Below, piece after piece: positions 60,307-64,000 of a stretch of DNA of 64,000 nucleotides (positions are counted from its first letter, which is position 1; each line of letters starts with the position of its first letter). The translations under genes and the position numbers were made by a program. The notes beneath the pieces are model-generated. The model was not told the DNA's origin, made no database searches, and saw only the letters and a program-made list of their open reading frames with translations. This DNA is from Deltaproteobacteria bacterium HGW-Deltaproteobacteria-13 (GTDB taxonomy: Bacteria > Desulfobacterota > Syntrophia > Syntrophales > Smithellaceae): NCBI GenBank assembly GCA_002840555.1, contig PHBJ01000004.1:21150-85149 (forward strand). The letters are read 5' to 3'.

Positions 60307-62733
60307 TTAGTTACGCAGGGGCTTGCCGGTGCTCAGCATAGCCGATATCCTGTCGACCGTTTTCTGTTGACCGCAGAGGCTCATGAAAGCTTCTCTTTCC
60401 AGATCCAGGATATCCTGTTCCGTCACAAAGGTACCTTCGGGACAGTCGCCGCCGGAAAGAACATAGGCTATTTTTCTCGACACAAACAAATCGTATTCGG
60501 AAATGTATTTGCCGTAGAACATGTTCATAATAATACCTTCAACCAGGCCGCGGAAATTTTCACCCATCACAGGAATCCGTGCGGGCTTAGGCGGTTTGTA
60601 GAACTTGGACAGACCCAGAACAATTTGTTTGGCTTCATAAATCTGCATGTCTCTGCTCATGTTGATCTGGCATGTCTTGCGGATAAAGCCCAAATCCTGA
60701 CCTTCCTGAGCGCTTGTGGCAACCTTCGCCGTGGCGATATTTTCAAAAGCTTTGCCTATATTGTACTGCAAATTCATACCTTGTTCCACACAGCCGGAAG
60801 GAATGCCTTCGGTCATGCGAACCAGAAGTTCCTTGCAGCCGCCGCCGGCAGGCAGAACACCGACACCGACTTCGACCAGACCTATGTAGGTTTCACCGTT
60901 GGCCAGGCAATAATCACCGTGCATGGCTATTTCGCAGCCGCCGCCCAGAGCCATACCGGCCGGAGCCGTGACAACCGGCTTGGGCAGATATTTCATCTTC
61001 ATGCAGGCGTTCTGTAATCCCGCGACCATTTTCTCCAAATCGCCCCACTGTTTTTCAGTGATGGCGCATAAAACAGCGAAAATGTCGGCGCCGGCGCAGA
61101 ACATACGCTGATCATGGTTGGCTACGACCATTCCTGTAAAATCTTTATTCACGATATCGCAGGACTCCGATATCATCTGAATCATTTCGCCGCTAATTGA
61201 GTTCATTTTGGTATGGAATTCGAGGCAAGCAACACCGTCACCAATATCAATAAGTGAAGCGGCCGCATTTTCTTTAACAATTTTCTTTCTTTCTTTGAGC
61301 TCGGGCAGGATGATAATCTTGGGATTCTCTTCCATTTTCACATAGCCCTTCTTCTTGAAATCGTAGTAGGACTTGACGCCCTTCTTATCTTTCGTGTAGA
61401 AGGATGTGCATTTCTTCTTCAGCATCTCTTCGATTTTTGCGGGAACTTTTTTGCCGAGTTTTTTCATGACTTCGACGGCTTCCGCAACGCCCACGGCATC
61501 CCATGATTCAAAGGGACCCAGCTGATGGTTGTAGCCCCACTTCATGGCATTGTCTATCTCAACGATGGTATCGCATATTTCGGGAATTCTGTTGGCAGAG
61601 TAAATGAAGTTGTTGCACATATATTCGCGCAGATAATCACCGGCGGCATCCTGGCCGTTGAAAGCTATTTTCATGGAAGTGGCAACACCGGAATCCGCCC
61701 ACTTCTTTGCTTCGGAAATAGAAGGGAATTTCGGCTTCTGGGCCACTGCATATTCCATGGTCTTCCAGTTGAGGGCATACTTGACGTTTTTGCCTTTTTC
61801 GTCCTTAGCTTTCTTGTAGTAACCACCCTTGGTTTTATTGCCCAACCACTTGTTGGCCATCATCTTCGTCTGAAAATCAAGGGCCGTGAAGGTGTCGCGG
61901 CATTCATCATCGGGAACAGCATCATAGAGATTCTTGCTGACGTGAGCGCCGATATCGAGACCGACCAGATCTATTGTTCCGAAGATGGCGGTGCCCGGAC
62001 GGCCGACAGCCTTGCCGACGATGGCATCGACTTCTTCTACAGTCAGACCTTTTTCAACCATGACCTTTTGGGCATTGCACAGATCATAGACACCGACACG
62101 GTTGCCGACGAAGTTGGGAACGTCCTTGCATACAACGACGCCCTTACCAAGCGTTTCCTCGCTGAACTTTGACATGTAAGCAACAATTTCTTTGTCCGTA
62201 TCCGCGCCGGGAATGATTTCCATTAACTTCATGTAACGGGGGGGATTGAAGAAATGGGTTCCCAGGAAGCGTTTTTTCAAATCTGCGCTGAATTTCGCGG
62301 AGATATCCTTGATCGGAAGACCGGAAGTGTTCGTGGAAACAATACACGTCGGTTTGATAACCTTTTCGACCTTGGCGAATAGTTCCTGCTTGATTTTGAG
62401 GTTTTCGACAACGACTTCGCACACCCAGTCACAGTCTGCCAGTAATTTCAAATCGTCTTCAAAGTTACCTATCTTAACCATCGACGCATTGCTCTTGGCA
62501 TAAAAACTTGCCGGTTTTGATTTAGTGGCTCCGGCTAACCCGTTTGCTGCAAACCTGTTTCGCCAGGCCGGACTTTTCTCTGTTAATCCTTTCTTCTTAT
62601 CATCTTCTGTAAGTTCGAAAGGGATGATATCCAGCAAATAACACTCAATGCCGGCATTTGTTAAATGGGCCGCGATATTCGCACCCATAACTCCCGCGCC
62701 TAAAACAGCAGCTTTTTTGATCTCAAATGACAT
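60307..62733 (-). CDS. 3-hydroxyacyl-CoA dehydrogenase / enoyl-CoA hydratase fusion (FadN-type)
   Basis: GAGVMG, STNTSG, HFFNPPRYMKL, then crotonase FCAGAD, LGGGCE, GLVE.GVG; ends GKPLRN. Confidence 0.93.
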   Translation of the reverse strand: MSFEIKKAAVLGAGVMGANIAAHLTNAGIECYLLDIIPFELTEDDKKKGLTEKSPAWRNRFAANGLAGATKSKPASFYAKSNASMVKIGNFEDDLKLLADCDWVCEVVVENLKIKQELFAKVEKVIKPTCIVSTNTSGLPIKDISAKFSADLKKRFLGTHFFNPPRYMKLMEIIPGADTDKEIVAYMSKFSEETLGKGVVVCKDVPNFVGNRVGVYDLCNAQKVMVEKGLTVEEVDAIVGKAVGRPGTAIFGTIDLVGLDIGAHVSKNLYDAVPDDECRDTFTALDFQTKMMANKWLGNKTKGGYYKKAKDEKGKNVKYALNWKTMEYAVAQKPKFPSISEAKKWADSGVATSMKIAFNGQDAAGDYLREYMCNNFIYSANRIPEICDTIVEIDNAMKWGYNHQLGPFESWDAVGVAEAVEVMKKLGKKVPAKIEEMLKKKCTSFYTKDKKGVKSYYDFKKKGYVKMEENPKIIILPELKERKKIVKENAAASLIDIGDGVACLEFHTKMNSISGEMIQMISESCDIVNKDFTGMVVANHDQRMFCAGADIFAVLCAITEKQWGDLEKMVAGLQNACMKMKYLPKPVVTAPAGMALGGGCEIAMHGDYCLANGETYIGLVEVGVGVLPAGGGCKELLVRMTEGIPSGCVEQGMNLQYNIGKAFENIATAKVATSAQEGQDLGFIRKTCQINMSRDMQIYEAKQIVLGLSKFYKPPKPARIPVMGENFRGLVEGIIMNMFYGKYISEYDLFVSRKIAYVLSGGDCPEGTFVTEQDILDLEREAFMSLCGQQKTVDRISAMLSTGKPLRN

Positions 62734-62793
62734 GACTTTCCTCCTTTGCCTTTTCTTTCTTTATTGGCTGATATAAATGTCCTTAAATATTCA

Positions 62794-63426
62794 TCATACT
62801 TTCTTCAAGCCCTTGATGAATACCTCCAATGCTAACTTTATCGTGGAATAAATTCTTTCCGTCCGTTTGATTTGCGCTCCTGAAAAAATATATAAAGAGA
62901 TTATTCCATTGAGCAATCCCCAGATTGCGTTTTGATTTTGTTTGATGTCAATATCTGCGGGAAACTCTTTTGATGCCACCCCCAACTCTAAAATTCTGCC
63001 AATCGCATCAATTGACCCGGCATTTGCGGTGAGAATTTGAGAATTAAGATTCTCATTTAAATTCATTTTAGCCGGTTGCAACATGTAGGTCATCAGTATT
63101 CTAAACAATTCGCTGTCATTCAGAAAAAAATCAACGTAGATGCAGGAAAACTCAGTCAGTAAATCGGATGCCGTAGTTTCCTTGTCAAATAACACTGAAA
63201 CCTGCTGCTTGAACGTATCGATATCATTGAGCAGGATCTGCGCATAAATTTCTTCTTTACTGTTAAAGTAAAGATAAATTGATCCTTTCCCCAGCTCGGA
63301 GTATTTGGCTATTTCATCAACGGTAACTCTATTAAAACTTTTCTTAAAGAAGAGCGTGCGCGCTGATTTGAGAATTAGTTTCTTGCGGCTATCTTTTTCT
63401 TTTCCTCTACGTTCCAGAAGTCCCAC
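62794..63426 (-). CDS. TetR/AcrR family transcriptional regulator
   Basis: ILKSARTLF....F..VTVDEIA..SELGKGSIYLYFNSKEEI; probable GTG start at 63426. Confidence 0.92.
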   Translation of the reverse strand: MGLLERRGKEKDSRKKLILKSARTLFFKKSFNRVTVDEIAKYSELGKGSIYLYFNSKEEIYAQILLNDIDTFKQQVSVLFDKETTASDLLTEFSCIYVDFFLNDSELFRILMTYMLQPAKMNLNENLNSQILTANAGSIDAIGRILELGVASKEFPADIDIKQNQNAIWGLLNGIISLYIFSGAQIKRTERIYSTIKLALEVFIKGLKKV

Positions 63427-63479
63427 AGCAACCTTCTTCTCATTGAAAAATTGCGGATATACATAAAACAACGGTCAAT

Positions 63480-63498
63480 ATCTGACCACCGGTCAGAT
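63480..63498. promoter_or_regulatory. Palindromic operator, probably for the adjacent TetR
   Basis: ATCTGACC-ACC-GGTCAGAT, just downstream of a minus-strand TTGACT -35. Confidence 0.65.
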
Positions 63499-63874
63499 TG
63501 TTTCTAGAACATTACATCTTTAAAGTCAAGAGAAATAATCTTTAAAACAGCGTTAATGCCATGTGATTGTGTCACCCCTTAAGTGCCACGCGAAAATGTC
63601 ACTCTAAGACGAAAGCGGTAGAGAGAGACATCAGAAAGTAACTGAAAAGTTACCGAATTTTTAACGGGTCCAACAGTCCTTATTTTTATAGTCTTTTGCC
63701 CTTGAAATGTCAATATTAAAAGGTCTGCCGCCTGAGACACTTCTTTACACCTTCTCTAACGCAAAACAGCGAACCACCCCTCTGAAATAGTTTCAGATGC
63801 GCTTTGCAGACCTGCCTTAACCATTTGAAATCAATAATGACACCAAAACAGCCAAGCGAAATTTTGCGATACTC

Positions 63875-64000
63875 CTAAATAATGGTTTCAAGAATCTCCA
63901 CCACGCTCTTAACACATGGCTTGCATATTTTGTTGAAGTAATCGCCGCCGATGTATGTCTTCTGCCCTTCTTCCGTTGTCAGCTCGCAATCATTTAACAA
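63875..64000 (-). CDS. 3' end of a probable C-GCAxxG-C-C family protein (partial)
   Basis: LLNDCELTTEEGQKTYIGGDYFNKICKPCVKSVVEILETII* runs off the window edge. Confidence 0.55.
   Translation of the reverse strand: MLNDCELTTEEGQKTYIGGDYFNKICKPCVKSVVEILETII

Noticed and set aside
59965-61017. 350-aa plus-strand ORF
   Set aside because: Antisense shadow of the fadN-like and thiolase genes with no recognisable motifs.

Overview
64-kb chromosomal window from an anaerobic bacterium. The gene set (beta-oxidation, acyl-CoA and acetate-CoA ligases, RdgC, DUF3300/DUF2950) suggests Desulfobacterota, plausibly Syntrophales/Smithella-like; this taxonomy is inference only. Contents in order: a radical SAM/SPASM gene after a partial prenyltransferase-like gene; a secreted LRR + permuted NlpC/P60 protein with a secreted partner; the nadK-recN-GNAT-mltA block and rdgC; a chemosensory cluster (cheA-cheW-mcp-mcp-cheR-cheD-cheY-cheX-cheB) plus a duplicated cheW-mcp unit under a c-di-GMP-I riboswitch, facing a divergent PAS-GGDEF/CheY/CheC triad; housekeeping and acyl-CoA genes; an intergenic pile-up of REP-like and CRISPR-repeat-like palindromes; a dinB pseudogene with a GAAC-N4-GTTC SOS-type box, whose middle is replaced by an AT-rich toxin-antitoxin cassette ending in an IS1-like terminal repeat; tRNA-Val(CAC); a cluster of lipoprotein phosphoesterases, three of which share one homologous leader although their enzyme domains differ; and a TetR-fadN-like-thiolase operon. 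No cas genes, intact transposase or prophage are visible. All family calls come from motif recognition by eye, not from database searches.
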